Source of the DNA: an uncultured Candidatus Saccharibacteria bacterium
Lineage (GTDB): Bacteria > Patescibacteriota > Minisyncoccia > Phycocordibacterales > UBA918
Length of the DNA stretch: 64,000 nt
Direction of reading: 5' to 3'
Assembly (NCBI GenBank): GCA_964601615.1
Contig: CAZRNZ010000002.1
Coordinates: forward strand, 142,826 to 206,825
The notes under the pieces were generated by a model, which did not search any database, had not been told where the DNA came from, and saw only the letters and a program-made list of their open reading frames with translations. Shown here piece by piece: positions 54,433-64,000 of this stretch (its first letter is position 1; every line of letters begins with the position of its first letter). The position numbers and the translations under genes were made by a program.

Positions 54433-54618
54433 ATGGATGTATGTGTGGCAACTTTCACTCTTGAAGAAATAAAAGAATTATTCAAGAGTGAAGATATTAT
54501 CCCTGGTACAGAAAAGTTTCATGAAGAATTTTCACGTCGGTTTCGACCGACGGAACTACCAGGTTATTATGTTGAGACTGATGACTGGACTCCAGAAAAT
54601 CGAGTTAATTCTCAGTAG
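54433..54618 (+). CDS. Hypothetical small protein, 61 aa.
   Basis: Strong RBS TAGGAGGAAAAA-ATG, with a terminator hairpin (AGCGGGCAA-TTTTT-TGCCCGCT) directly downstream. Confidence 0.5.
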   Translation: MDVCVATFTLEEIKELFKSEDIIPGTEKFHEEFSRRFRPTELPGYYVETDDWTPENRVNSQ

Positions 54619-54686
54619 GGTATTTAAGCGGGCAATTTTTTGCCCGCTTTTGTTATAATTACTTGTAAATTAAATTAATAATTTTT

Positions 54687-55319
54687 ATGAATATAAAGAT
54701 AGTAATTAGCGCCTTATTGATTATTGCGGCAGCTTCAGGAATTTATTTTTTTACAAAAGATAATAAAAGTGAGGTTGATGATGTAAAACAGTCAGCTGAA
54801 GTCTTTGAAAAAGGGAAGTTTACAGATCTGGTTAATTCTAATCAGGATTTAAAGTGTACTTTTAATCACGACGACGGAGAAAATATTTCTTCAGGAACAG
54901 TTTATTTTAAATCAGGTGGAGAGAAAATTAGTGCTGATATTGACATTGTTGAGAGTCGTGTCAATGAAATGAAGCTTGGATTGATTAGAAAAGATGGTTT
55001 TAATTATATTTGGAGTGATGTCTTTGGTGGGGTGAAGAATGTTGTTACAGATAATAATTCTTTCTTTGAATCCAGCGAAGATTCTCCTATTAATGAAGAG
55101 GATACTGAGTTTAATTGTGAGACTTGGCAGGTAGATGAGAGTGTTTTTGAGTTGCCAGAAGGTGTTTCTTTTCAAGAATTTTCAGCTTTAAATATTGATA
55201 TGAATAGCAATATTGAAAATCTATCTGAAATAGATATTTCGAATAAGCAGTGCGGTCTCTGCGATATGATTGAAGATTCTGGTTCTGCAAACGAATGTCG
55301 AAAAGCTTTCCAGTGTTAA
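54687..55319 (+). CDS. Hypothetical secreted or membrane-anchored Cys-containing protein, 210 aa.
   Basis: N-terminal signal or anchor (MNIKIVISALLIIAAASGIYFF). No family recognised. Confidence 0.45.
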   Translation: MNIKIVISALLIIAAASGIYFFTKDNKSEVDDVKQSAEVFEKGKFTDLVNSNQDLKCTFNHDDGENISSGTVYFKSGGEKISADIDIVESRVNEMKLGLIRKDGFNYIWSDVFGGVKNVVTDNNSFFESSEDSPINEEDTEFNCETWQVDESVFELPEGVSFQEFSALNIDMNSNIENLSEIDISNKQCGLCDMIEDSGSANECRKAFQC

Positions 55320-55325
55320 TGGTAT

Positions 55326-55360
55326 AAACAAAAAACGCCCTCAAGGGCGTTTTTTGTTTT
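55326..55360. terminator. Bidirectional terminator (AACGCCC-TCAA-GGGCGTT with an A-run and a T-run).
   Basis: Between convergent genes. Confidence 0.65.
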
Positions 55361-55366
55361 TGGAGA

Positions 55367-55627
55367 TTATGACAGGTGTTGAGAAACTAACTTTGTCATT
55401 TCAAACATAGAAACAACTTTCTTTCCACCGAATACCTTCAGTAGGTTTTCGTCAGCAACGATGTTTCTCTTATTCTTTGGGTCCTGAAGATCGTGCTTCT
55501 TGATATACACCCAAATTTGTTTAACAACTTCTGAACGAGGCATTGGCCCCTTACCAACTACTGGTGCTAATTCTGCACTGATAGTCATTGGTTTCATGAA
55601 AGCTGAATTTGCTTTTGCTTGTGCCAT
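55367..55627 (-). CDS. SWIB/MDM2 domain protein.
   Basis: ELAPVVGKGPMPRSEVVKQIWVYIKKHDLQDPKNKRNIVADENLLKVFGGKKVVSMFEMTKLVSQHL gives the full SWIB signature. 86 aa. Confidence 0.75.
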   Translation of the reverse strand: MAQAKANSAFMKPMTISAELAPVVGKGPMPRSEVVKQIWVYIKKHDLQDPKNKRNIVADENLLKVFGGKKVVSMFEMTKLVSQHLS

Positions 55628-55728
55628 TTCGGTTATATTATTTGATATGGGAGTAGTTTATCACCAAAAATGGCTTTGATTGCAAGTAAAATGTTGATTA
55701 CTCAATCTAAATAGGGTTTTGTCAAAAA

Positions 55729-56340
55729 TTAATGTGAGAGGGAAATTGAGATTATTTCTGAGGGGTTTTGAGACGCGAGCTTCGCTCGCGCCTCTTTAAT
55801 TGTTGCTCCAGTTGTGACAACATCATCAATTATTATTATTTTCTTTCCATTAATTAATTCTGGATATGCTACCTCAAATGCATTTTTTAAGTTTTTAAGC
55901 CTTTCTTTCTTGGGAAGGGAGGTTTGTGGTTTAGTGTTTTTAATTTTGTATAAAATATTGGAGTTAATTTTTATATTTTTATTTTCAATTTTATCTAAAG
56001 TCAATTTAGCGACTTCAAGGACTTGGTTATAACCACGTTCCTTAATTCTGTTTTTTGATAAAGGAATAGGGATTAAAATATATTCTCCATTGTAATGTTT
56101 TAAATATAGATTTAACGCCTCAGCTAAAAATCGTTGCGCACGTTTATTGTTGTGGAATTTTGTTTCATGAATAAATGCTCGTACTACCTGATTTTTGAAA
56201 GGCATTAAAGAAATAAAATCACCGTTATTTTCTGGCTGAAGTAATCTAAGGAAAGAAGATAATTTAGTTTCACGTACTATTTTATGATCACCTCTCTCAG
56301 GAAAAATTTGTTCACATAATTGAATTATCGTTTTAAGCAT
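55729..56340 (-). CDS. comF: ComF family protein (ComFC-like phosphoribosyltransferase domain).
   Basis: YILIPIPLSKNRIKERGYNQVLEVAK... and the PRTase motif KKIIIIDDVVTTGATIKEA. It lacks an obvious N-terminal CxxC zinc finger. 203 aa. Confidence 0.65.
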   Translation of the reverse strand: MLKTIIQLCEQIFPERGDHKIVRETKLSSFLRLLQPENNGDFISLMPFKNQVVRAFIHETKFHNNKRAQRFLAEALNLYLKHYNGEYILIPIPLSKNRIKERGYNQVLEVAKLTLDKIENKNIKINSNILYKIKNTKPQTSLPKKERLKNLKNAFEVAYPELINGKKIIIIDDVVTTGATIKEARAKLASQNPSEIISISLSH

Positions 56341-56400
56341 ACATAAATTGATGTGTTAAAATTCTTTTAAAGATTTTAATGCATTTCGTTTTGTACTTTT

Positions 56401-57477
56401 ATGGCGATTCCTTTTTCAAATTTAATAACGGGTTTACAAAAGAGCTCAGTCAATAATACTCCAACAACAGTCGGTATTGATATTGGTAGTAGCACAGTAA
56501 AAGTCGTGGAGATAGAGGAGACGCCAAGAACAATAATGTTGCGCACTTATGGTGAGTTACAACTTGGTCCTTACGATAGTAAAGATCTTGGTGAAATTGT
56601 TAGTTTAGATAATGCTCGTAAGATAGAGGTTGTAACTGATGTCTTGCGAGAGTCTGGTGTTACTGGCCGTCACGGTGCTATGGCAATGTCATTATCTTCC
56701 AGTTTCTTGACCGTGGTTCCAATTATAACTACTCCCCAAGAGGATATTGCGTCTCGTATTCCAGTAGAGGCTCGTAAATACGTTCCATTACCTTTGACAG
56801 AGGTTGCACTTGACTGGGCAGAAGTCGGTACTTCAAAAGACAATAATCATGAAGTGCTTTTAGCGGCAATTGAAAATAAAGCTTTACTAGAACACAAGGC
56901 TCTATTTTCTTCTATTGGAATGACAGGTGAAGCTGCAGAGATTGAAGCTTTTAGTTTAATTCGTTCCATGTGGCGAACTAAAGATACAACGTTAGCGATC
57001 CTAGACTTGGGAGCTAGAAGTTCAAAACTTTATATTGTTAAAAATGGAATGTTGGAAAGATTGCATCGTGTTGCTGTTGGAGGTCGCGAAATAAGTCGTC
57101 TTATATCTGAACGTCTTCAAGTGTCTTTCGAAGATGCTGAAAATCTAAAACGTTCTTATGATAGATCAAGTGAACAGGGGGCTGTTATGTTTCAAGTAAT
57201 GTCATCTGTTATAGATGGACCTCTTTCAGAGTTTGGTAGATTAATTGGTCAATATGAAGCTAGGTCTGGAGAACAGATTGGTAGAATTGTTGTTTCTGGT
57301 GGCGTAGCTGCCTCACCGTATTGTTCTGAATATGTTCAAGATCGTTTTGGGAGACCGGTAGAAAAATCAAATCCTTTTGCAAAAATTGCTTTTCCAGCTT
57401 TTATGGAAGATACACTTAAAGACATCGGACCTTCTTTTGGTGTGGCATTAGGTGCTGCACTTCGACAGTTTCAATAA
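56401..57477 (+). CDS. pilM: Type IV pilus assembly protein PilM (actin-like ATPase).
   Basis: TTVGIDIGSSTVKVVEIEE..., an ASKHA fold pattern, and a position at the head of the pilMNO block. Confidence 0.8.
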   Translation: MAIPFSNLITGLQKSSVNNTPTTVGIDIGSSTVKVVEIEETPRTIMLRTYGELQLGPYDSKDLGEIVSLDNARKIEVVTDVLRESGVTGRHGAMAMSLSSSFLTVVPIITTPQEDIASRIPVEARKYVPLPLTEVALDWAEVGTSKDNNHEVLLAAIENKALLEHKALFSSIGMTGEAAEIEAFSLIRSMWRTKDTTLAILDLGARSSKLYIVKNGMLERLHRVAVGGREISRLISERLQVSFEDAENLKRSYDRSSEQGAVMFQVMSSVIDGPLSEFGRLIGQYEARSGEQIGRIVVSGGVAASPYCSEYVQDRFGRPVEKSNPFAKIAFPAFMEDTLKDIGPSFGVALGAALRQFQ

Positions 57478-57529
57478 TTGTCCACAAGCGACTAGCGATT
57501 AAATTTAAACTACAAAGTATAATTTACGC

Positions 57530-58330
57530 ATGCCTGAACAAGGATCTTCTTTTATACCAAAGAGTGGCGCAAGAGCTGTGCAAAGAACTAGAAGCACAAA
57601 GCGTATTTATGTATTAGCTTACATTAGCTACATAGTCTTCTTTACAACACTCTTTGCAGTTATTGGTGTATTCATTTATGGTTTTACTATTACTCGTTCT
57701 TTAAATTCTCTTAAAGACCAGCTATCCGCAGAACAGCAGCGTTTTGCTACTTCTGATATCGAAACCATCAGATCTTTAGACAAGAGAATGAGACAATCAA
57801 TGATTTTACTTAATGAGTCTACCGCACCTTCACGAATTTTTTCTGATATTGAGTCTATTGTTTCCTCCAATATATTTTTCTCAGCAATGACTTACAAGCA
57901 ACTGCCAGGTAATAAGTTCAGTATAGAGCTGGTAGGACAAGCTTCTGATTTTGAGAGCATCGTCAAACAAAAAGAATTTTTATCAGGAAGTTCTGTTTTG
58001 AAAGACGCTAACGTTACTGCGTATGACTATAGTCTATCTGGCGAGGGTCAGAATATCACTTTGTCAGGCAATGCAGTATTGGCGTTTACATTTACTGATA
58101 CAAGAGACACTTCAATGATTGCTTATACTGTTGATGGTTCTGCTGATAGAACCTATGATTTTTCTACCAGTACTAGTAGCACCATTTCTGGTGGCGATAC
58201 TGATGAAAGTGCTCCCGATACTGGAAATCAGGTTAGTTCAGGAGGAGAAAATAACTCTACCAGTAGTGAGTTAGTTATTGTTGATGAAGGGTCGACATCA
58301 AGTAGTTCTAATCAATCAGGAAATCAATAA
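57530..58330 (+). CDS. pilN: PilN-like bitopic protein with an S/T-rich C-terminal tail.
   Basis: Single TM helix after a short cytoplasmic N-terminus, then a coiled-coil. The call rests on position and topology only. Confidence 0.45.
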   Translation: MPEQGSSFIPKSGARAVQRTRSTKRIYVLAYISYIVFFTTLFAVIGVFIYGFTITRSLNSLKDQLSAEQQRFATSDIETIRSLDKRMRQSMILLNESTAPSRIFSDIESIVSSNIFFSAMTYKQLPGNKFSIELVGQASDFESIVKQKEFLSGSSVLKDANVTAYDYSLSGEGQNITLSGNAVLAFTFTDTRDTSMIAYTVDGSADRTYDFSTSTSSTISGGDTDESAPDTGNQVSSGGENNSTSSELVIVDEGSTSSSSNQSGNQ

Positions 58331-58331
58331 T

Positions 58332-58964
58332 ATGCGTTTTCAATTAGGTATACAATTATTGCTAATAGTAGTTGCGGTTGCAATTGTCTTTGGTGTTATT
58401 AAACCAAAGTTGGCTAGTATTAGTGTTGAGCAAAATGAGGTTGTTTCATATAGAAGTGCTCTAGAAAATATTGGAAGATATAATCAGCGCTTACAGACTC
58501 TGTTAAATCAAGCTAATTCAATGTCTGCATCTGATAGGCGTGATTTGTTCGAGTATCTACCAGAAGAAATAGATATCACAGCTGTTTCGGGTGATATATA
58601 CGGTATCGTTGAAAGAAATAGATTGCTTGTGATAGATATATCTTTTGATGAGCTAACTCCAATCACTGTTGTTGCTCCTGAAGGTGCTCTTATAGATCCA
58701 TTTGGGAATTCAGGAGGTATTGACTCATCTCAATCAATAATTGGAGAACTTGGTGAGGTTGAAACTGGTTTGTACTCACAAAAGTTTAAGGTATCTGTTG
58801 TGGGTTCTTATGAGCAAATTAAGAATCTATTAAAAGACTTTGAAAAAAATAGCTATCCTTTGAGGATAGTAGAATTATCATTTTCTAATGAAGTCAGTAA
58901 TGAGATTGCTGGATTGACACAGTATTTAATAACTTTAGAAACATACTCTCTACCAGGAGTTTAA
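58332..58964 (+). CDS. pilO: PilO-like bitopic protein. The start is taken at MRFQLG.
   Basis: N-terminal TM helix plus a coiled-coil. The call rests on position and topology only. Confidence 0.45.
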   Translation: MRFQLGIQLLLIVVAVAIVFGVIKPKLASISVEQNEVVSYRSALENIGRYNQRLQTLLNQANSMSASDRRDLFEYLPEEIDITAVSGDIYGIVERNRLLVIDISFDELTPITVVAPEGALIDPFGNSGGIDSSQSIIGELGEVETGLYSQKFKVSVVGSYEQIKNLLKDFEKNSYPLRIVELSFSNEVSNEIAGLTQYLITLETYSLPGV

Positions 58965-58968
58965 TATT

Positions 58969-59253
58969 ATGAAATCTGTTTTAAAAAATTTAGTAATATT
59001 TGCAGGCTTAGCTGCCTTGCTTTACGCTGGTTATAATTTCTTTTTCTCTGGCGGTGATATTTATTTAGATAATGGAACTGGCTCATCACAGGGTGAGGTG
59101 TTGACTAGAGAGTTTTTAGTTAGACTTAACGAATTAGAACGAATTGATTTTTCACGAGAACTTTTTGATGATGTAAGATTTCGTTCTCTAACCAGCTTTG
59201 ATAGTTTACCTACCTCCGCTACTGCTGGAAGATCTAATCCTTTTGCACCATAG
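58969..59253 (+). CDS. Small membrane protein in the pilus operon (PilP-like position).
   Basis: TM helix. 94 aa. No motif recognised. Confidence 0.35.
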   Translation: MKSVLKNLVIFAGLAALLYAGYNFFFSGGDIYLDNGTGSSQGEVLTREFLVRLNELERIDFSRELFDDVRFRSLTSFDSLPTSATAGRSNPFAP

Positions 59254-59301
59254 AGATTTCTGTCTAATTTAATAAAGTGTGCAAATAGGTTTTAATTATC
59301 T

Positions 59302-61161
59302 ATGGATTTTTTAAATGAATTACAACAGGAGGGTATAATAAACCCAGAAACAAGAGCTTCCATAGAGAATGAAGTGGAGAAGGGTGTTGCGCCTGAAAAA
59401 GCGTTATTGGCCGTTGGTGTTGCTAGGGAGGTTGTGAGGACTAAGTTAGCTAATTTTTATGGTGTTACTCCATATGTGCCAGCAGATGATGAAAAAGTTC
59501 CTCAGAATGTTCTCGAATTTATTCCAGTTGAAGCGGCAAAAAATTACGGCATTGTTCCATTAAAAATGGATGGAGACACTCTTTTAGTGGGAGTAAATAA
59601 TCCTGATGATTTTCGCCTGCGTGAAGTATTGAATTTCGTTAGTACTAAACATGGTGTTCCATATAAATACGCTTTTCTTCTAGAAGATGATTTACGTAAG
59701 TTACTTAACGCTTACGATAACTTAACTGGTGAGGTTGGTGAAGCATTAACTTCTTTGGAAGGAGAGCTGGATAAAGAAATTGCTGAGAGAAAAAGTGACT
59801 CAATTGAAAACCAAAGATTAGCTCAGGAACATATAAAGGAAGATGCTCCTGTAACTAAAATTGTGGCAACAATTTTACGTTATGCTGTTGACGGTGCTGC
59901 ATCGGATATTCATATTGAACCAACTTTAAATAAAGTTAAGGTACGTTTTCGTGTTGATGGTCTTTTGCAAACTAGTCTTGAGCTGCCAAGAAATGTGCAA
60001 TCAGCTGTTGTAGCGCGTATCAAGATTTTGTCATCCATGCGTTTGGATGAAAGACGTAAACCTCAAGACGGTCGTTTTTCTGCTACGTTTGATGGTAGAA
60101 AAATTGACTTTCGTGTTTCAACACTTCCTACTAATAATGGTGAAAAAGTGGTGATGCGTATTCTTGATAACGAAAAGGGTATTAGAACACTTGATAAAAC
60201 AGGTATTTCTCCACATCACCTCTCAACTATTAGAAGAATCTTGAAAGAGCCATATGGGATTGTTTTGATTTCTGGACCTACTGGTTCTGGTAAATCTACA
60301 ACTCTTTATGCGATGCTTTCTGAAGTCGATAGAGCTAGTAAAAACGTAGTGTCTCTAGAAGATCCGATTGAATATAATATTGAAGGTGTTTCTCAGTCTC
60401 AGGTAAGACCAGAAATTGGTTACAGCTTTGCGGCTGGTTTACGTACTGTTCTGCGCCAAGACCCAGACGTAATCATGGTGGGAGAGATTCGTGATAAAGA
60501 AACTGCCCAGCTAGCTATTCAGGCTGCACTTACTGGTCACTTGGTGTTATCAACTATTCACACCAATAACTCTATTGGAGTAGTTCCTCGACTCATTGAT
60601 ATGGGCGTTGATCCTTATTTGATTGCACCGACTCTAAAGCTGGCGATTGCACAAAGACTCTCTCGTCGTCTTTGTAAACCAGGTAGACAGGTTTCTGTTG
60701 ATGAAAGTACAAGGCAAATGTTTGAGAAGGAGTTTGAGAATTTACCTGAAAAATACAGAAGCACTATCCCTTCATTTGATAACATTTATCATCCAGAACC
60801 AGTTCCTGGTTGTGCTTCAGGAACTAAGGGGCGAATCGCAGTTATGGAAGTACTTGAAGTCGATCAAGAAATACAAAATCTCATCCTTGAAGGTGGTGGT
60901 GAAGATGATATCTACAAGGTTGCCAGAAAGAATGGCTTTATTAGCATGAAGGAAGATTCTATTATCAAAGCTGTTTCTGGAGATATACCTTTTGAAGAAG
61001 TTAACTATTTTGGGGCTAGTTCAGGTGGCGTAGATGTAGATGCGGAAGATCAGGCTGTTAATCCTCCAGTGGAAGTTGCTGCACCAGAAGGTTCTGTACA
61101 AGAAGAACCTCGTGCCCAGGCTTCTAAAGAGGTTAATTTAGATGATGCTGAATTTCAGTAA
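59302..61161 (+). CDS. pilB: Type IV pilus assembly ATPase PilB (GspE family).
   Basis: N-terminal GSPII domain, LISGPTGSGKSTTLYA (Walker A), Asp box and His box (STIHTNN). Confidence 0.9.
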   Translation: MDFLNELQQEGIINPETRASIENEVEKGVAPEKALLAVGVAREVVRTKLANFYGVTPYVPADDEKVPQNVLEFIPVEAAKNYGIVPLKMDGDTLLVGVNNPDDFRLREVLNFVSTKHGVPYKYAFLLEDDLRKLLNAYDNLTGEVGEALTSLEGELDKEIAERKSDSIENQRLAQEHIKEDAPVTKIVATILRYAVDGAASDIHIEPTLNKVKVRFRVDGLLQTSLELPRNVQSAVVARIKILSSMRLDERRKPQDGRFSATFDGRKIDFRVSTLPTNNGEKVVMRILDNEKGIRTLDKTGISPHHLSTIRRILKEPYGIVLISGPTGSGKSTTLYAMLSEVDRASKNVVSLEDPIEYNIEGVSQSQVRPEIGYSFAAGLRTVLRQDPDVIMVGEIRDKETAQLAIQAALTGHLVLSTIHTNNSIGVVPRLIDMGVDPYLIAPTLKLAIAQRLSRRLCKPGRQVSVDESTRQMFEKEFENLPEKYRSTIPSFDNIYHPEPVPGCASGTKGRIAVMEVLEVDQEIQNLILEGGGEDDIYKVARKNGFISMKEDSIIKAVSGDIPFEEVNYFGASSGGVDVDAEDQAVNPPVEVAAPEGSVQEEPRAQASKEVNLDDAEFQ

Positions 61162-61221
61162 TTTTTAGATATACCCACATAAAATTATCTCAAGGATAAA
61201 TTCTGGTTATAATTAAACCGT

Positions 61222-61587
61222 ATGAAAGTATTGCTTGTAGACGACGACGCTTTTTTGAGAGATATGTATGCCACGAAGTTTATTGAGTGTGGACATACTG
61301 TAGAAGCAGTGAGTGAGGCTAAAGAGGCTGTTAGTAAAATGAAAGAAGATAATTACGATGTGGTTATCTTAGATATGATTATGCCTGGAATGTCCGGAGT
61401 TGATTTACTCAAAGAAGTTTCTGGTCTTGGTATAAAAGGAGAGACCAAGATAATCATGCTTTCTAATCAAAGCGATGTATCTGATATGTCTTCAGCTAAA
61501 GAAGCTGGTGCAGATGGTTACATAGTTAAGGCTGAATCAATACCTAGTGAAGTAGTTAAGCGGGTTGAGGAATTGGCGGGAGTATAA
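61222..61587 (+). CDS. Single-domain response regulator (CheY-like receiver) embedded in the pilus cluster.
   Basis: MKVLLVDDDAFLRD...DVVILDMIMPGMSG...K has the receiver Asp and Lys pattern. 121 aa. Confidence 0.75.
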   Translation: MKVLLVDDDAFLRDMYATKFIECGHTVEAVSEAKEAVSKMKEDNYDVVILDMIMPGMSGVDLLKEVSGLGIKGETKIIMLSNQSDVSDMSSAKEAGADGYIVKAESIPSEVVKRVEELAGV

Positions 61588-61600
61588 TTTATTTTTTGTT

Positions 61601-62671
61601 ATGGCTAATGTTGATTATAAAAGGGAGTTAGATGATTTGGTACAAATAATTGTATCTGAGAGTGGTTCTGATATTCACTTATCTGTGGGGTCACATCCAA
61701 CAGTTCGTGTAATGGGGTCACTAGTCCCTTTGGTTAAAAAGCCAGTGTTAACAAGTGAAGATGTTCTTGGATTTTGTAAAGTTTTGATGAGTCAAAATAA
61801 GATTGACAAGTTTCAAGAAATCAATGAAGTAGACTTTTCTTATGCCGCCTCAGAAGGAGTTCGTTTTCGTGGTAACGTTTATCACCAACAGGGTACACCT
61901 GCTATCGCTTTAAGACATATTCCTAATCAAATAAGAAATCTTGATGACTTAAATCTTCCGCCAATTCTTGAGAGCTTTACACAAAGACCACAAGGTTTCT
62001 TTCTTTGTGTAGGTCCTGTTGGACAAGGTAAGTCAACTACTCTAGCTGCTCTTATTCAATCAATTAATCAGAGTCGTCCAGATCATATTGTTACTATCGA
62101 AGATCCGATTGAGTATGTTTATACTCCAGACAAGTCTTTGATAGAACAGAGAGAGGTTGGTACAGATACAACTGATTTTGCTACTGGTTTAAATGCTATT
62201 TTCCGTCAGGATATTGACGTGATTTTGGTGGGAGAGATGAGAAATCCTGCAACTATCGCAACTGCTGTTACAGCTGCAGAAACTGGTCACTTAGTTTTCT
62301 CAACTTTGCATACCAATAACGCTGCACAAACTATCGATCGTATTATTGATAGTTTCCCAGCTGGTCAACAAGATCAGATTCGTGTGCAGTTAGCTGGGTC
62401 ATTGACTGGTATTTTCTCACAAAGATTAATCCCTCGTATTCAAGGTGGAATGATTCCTGCTTATGAATTACTCATTAATAATAATGCGGTTGCAAACCTT
62501 ATTCGTGAGCGTCGTACACACGAAGTTCAGTCTGTAATTGAGACTGGTCTTGAACACGGGATGATTGATATGAATCGTTCTTTAGTAGATTTAGTTCGTA
62601 AGGGTGAAATTACAGTAGAAAATGCTTTTGCTTACGCAATAAATCCGAAGGGACTTGAGAGATTAATGTAA
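61601..62671 (+). CDS. pilT: Twitching-motility ATPase PilT. The start is taken at MANVDYK.
   Basis: FLCVGPVGQGKSTTLAA (Walker A), TIEDPIEY and STLHTNNAAQTIDRII. Confidence 0.9.
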   Translation: MANVDYKRELDDLVQIIVSESGSDIHLSVGSHPTVRVMGSLVPLVKKPVLTSEDVLGFCKVLMSQNKIDKFQEINEVDFSYAASEGVRFRGNVYHQQGTPAIALRHIPNQIRNLDDLNLPPILESFTQRPQGFFLCVGPVGQGKSTTLAALIQSINQSRPDHIVTIEDPIEYVYTPDKSLIEQREVGTDTTDFATGLNAIFRQDIDVILVGEMRNPATIATAVTAAETGHLVFSTLHTNNAAQTIDRIIDSFPAGQQDQIRVQLAGSLTGIFSQRLIPRIQGGMIPAYELLINNNAVANLIRERRTHEVQSVIETGLEHGMIDMNRSLVDLVRKGEITVENAFAYAINPKGLERLM

Positions 62672-62683
62672 AAAATATAAACC

Positions 62684-63892
62684 ATGTTGTTTTCTTATAA
62701 AGCTATAGATCAAAGTAACGTAAAGCGCGAGGGAACTGTCGAAGCCACAAATATCGACACAGCTATTGCGACTGTACAAAAACGTGGCTACACGGTTATT
62801 TCTATTGATCCAGTAGAAGAGAAACAACAATTATTGAGTGCAGAGATTAAATGGTTTCAAAGAATCTCCAATAAGGAAGTTGTGATTCTTTCAAGACAGC
62901 TAGCGACACTTTTTGATGCACAGGTTTCAGCGCTTCGTGTTTTTCGACTTCTAGGAAGTGAGGCAGAAAATCCTCAGATGCGTACCGTACTAAATGACAT
63001 TGGAGATGACCTTCAGGCTGGTAGCTCTATTTCTCGCGCTCTTGGTTCTCATCCCGAAGTCTTTTCTCAGTTTTATGTAAGTATGGTTAAGTCGGGAGAA
63101 GAATCTGGTTCTCTAGAAAAATCTTTCAATTATCTAGCAGATTATCTTGATAGAACTTATCAAGTTGTTACAAAAGCCAGAAATGCTTTGGTGTATCCCG
63201 CGTTCGTGATTGGTGTATTTTTCTTGGTGATGGGTCTGATGCTAACGATGGTTATTCCACGTATTAGTCAGATTTTGATTGACTCAGGTCAAGAACTTCC
63301 TATTTACACAAAGATTGTAATTGGAATTTCTTCTTTCTTTACAGACTTCCTTGGAATAATTTTAGTGGTTGTATCTATTGGTGGAGTCTTTGCGTGGCGT
63401 TTTATTAATACTCCAGTAGGGAGACGCGCTTTTGATGAACTAAAAATTTCTATTCCTTATATCGGTGATTTATACCAAAAGCTATATCTTACTCGCATTT
63501 GTGACAACATTTCTACGATGCTTCAAAGTGGTATATCGATGGTGCAAGCTCTGGAGGTTACTGCCGATGTGGTAGACAATGCCGTTTATAAAGAGATTAT
63601 TGAAAATACTTTAGCAGAAGTTAAGGGAGGACGTTCTTTTGCTGACGCTATTGGTGAATATCCAGAAATTCCTGGTGTACTTTCACAAATGGCAAAAGTG
63701 GGTGAGGAGACCGGTAATCTTTCTGAGATTATGAAAACTCTTTCTACTTTCTATATGCGTGAAGTAAATAACGCAGTAGATACTTTGATTGGTTTGATTG
63801 AACCTGCAATGATTGTATTGCTAGGTCTTGGTGTTGGTACTTTGTTGGCTTCTGTTCTTTTGCCAATCTACAATATGACCGCCTCAATCTAA
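62684..63892 (+). CDS. pilC: Type IV pilus inner-membrane platform protein PilC (GspF family).
   Basis: Two GspF repeats with 3 TM helices. 402 aa. Confidence 0.85.
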   Translation: MLFSYKAIDQSNVKREGTVEATNIDTAIATVQKRGYTVISIDPVEEKQQLLSAEIKWFQRISNKEVVILSRQLATLFDAQVSALRVFRLLGSEAENPQMRTVLNDIGDDLQAGSSISRALGSHPEVFSQFYVSMVKSGEESGSLEKSFNYLADYLDRTYQVVTKARNALVYPAFVIGVFFLVMGLMLTMVIPRISQILIDSGQELPIYTKIVIGISSFFTDFLGIILVVVSIGGVFAWRFINTPVGRRAFDELKISIPYIGDLYQKLYLTRICDNISTMLQSGISMVQALEVTADVVDNAVYKEIIENTLAEVKGGRSFADAIGEYPEIPGVLSQMAKVGEETGNLSEIMKTLSTFYMREVNNAVDTLIGLIEPAMIVLLGLGVGTLLASVLLPIYNMTASI

Positions 63893-63894
63893 AA

Positions 63895-64000
63895 ATCTCA
63901 AAATCAGGTAAAACCTAGCACTTCAGGAATTTTGTTCAGTCGTCGTATATTGAATACGCCTTCCTCACAAAATTCCTTCCAGTCCTTCGGTTTTACACTG
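63895..64000 (+). repeat. Copy B of the repeated element also seen after ndk (30766..30912). It begins 3 nt after the pilC stop and runs to the window edge.
   Basis: AGGTAAAACCTAGCACTTCAGGAATTTTGTTCAGTCGTCGTATAT...CCTTCCAGTCCTTCGGTTTT. Confidence 0.7.

Overview
This 64-kb window looks like a small-genome, Patescibacteria/CPR-like bacterium; that lineage call is an inference. The evidence is moderate GC (about 40%), no rpmD (L30) between rpsE and rplO, and r-proteins (S5, S10, S12, L23) that carry N-terminal extensions or insertions.

Most of the window is translation machinery:
- the str operon (rpsL, rpsG, fusA, tuf, rpsJ);
- the S10/spc superoperon (rplC-rplD-rplW-rplB ... rpsS-rplV-rpsC-rplP-rpmC-rpsQ-rplN-rplX-rplE ... 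rpsZ-rpsH-rplF-rplR-rpsE-rplO-secY-gmk-adk-map-ndk);
- infC-rpmI-rplT;
- smpB and tmRNA (ssrA);
- two tRNAs, ftsH, recG and a malic enzyme.

The conserved ribosomal operons are repeatedly interrupted by inserted genes that are bracketed by rho-independent terminators.

Competence and type IV pilus genes sit at both ends of the window. Near the 5' end are ComEC (split), a ComEC-like MBL protein and a TfoX-like protein. At the 3' end are comF, pilM, pilN, pilO, pilB, a CheY-like receiver, pilT and pilC.

The most interesting accessory features are:
1. A roughly 2.7-kb island (about 38.1-40.9 kb) abutting the 3' end of ssrA. It is bounded by about 52-nt direct repeats. It carries an XRE-HTH / ImmA-IrrE metallopeptidase pair upstream of an unrecognisable 298-aa protein, plus a peptidoglycan-binding domain fragment. 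This is probably a decayed integrative element or defence-type module.
2. An island downstream of tRNA-Ser (about 50.1-54.3 kb). It encodes an OmpR-family regulator strikingly similar to alphaproteobacterial CtrA, next to a DUF1153/SciP-like gene, and also a MarR regulator, a tandem-duplicated domain protein and a methyltransferase.
3. A repeated element of about 100-150 nt, found directly after ndk and again after pilC.
4. A family of near-identical GC-rich terminator hairpins, and a 25-nt palindrome embedded in two coding 3' ends.
5. An infC gene with an apparent 1-nt frameshift and no canonical start.
6. Eukaryote-like SET and SWIB domain proteins.
7. tRNA-Ile with a UAU anticodon.
8. Two markedly GC-richer hypothetical genes, one driven by a perfect consensus promoter.

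No rRNA genes and no CRISPR arrays were seen.
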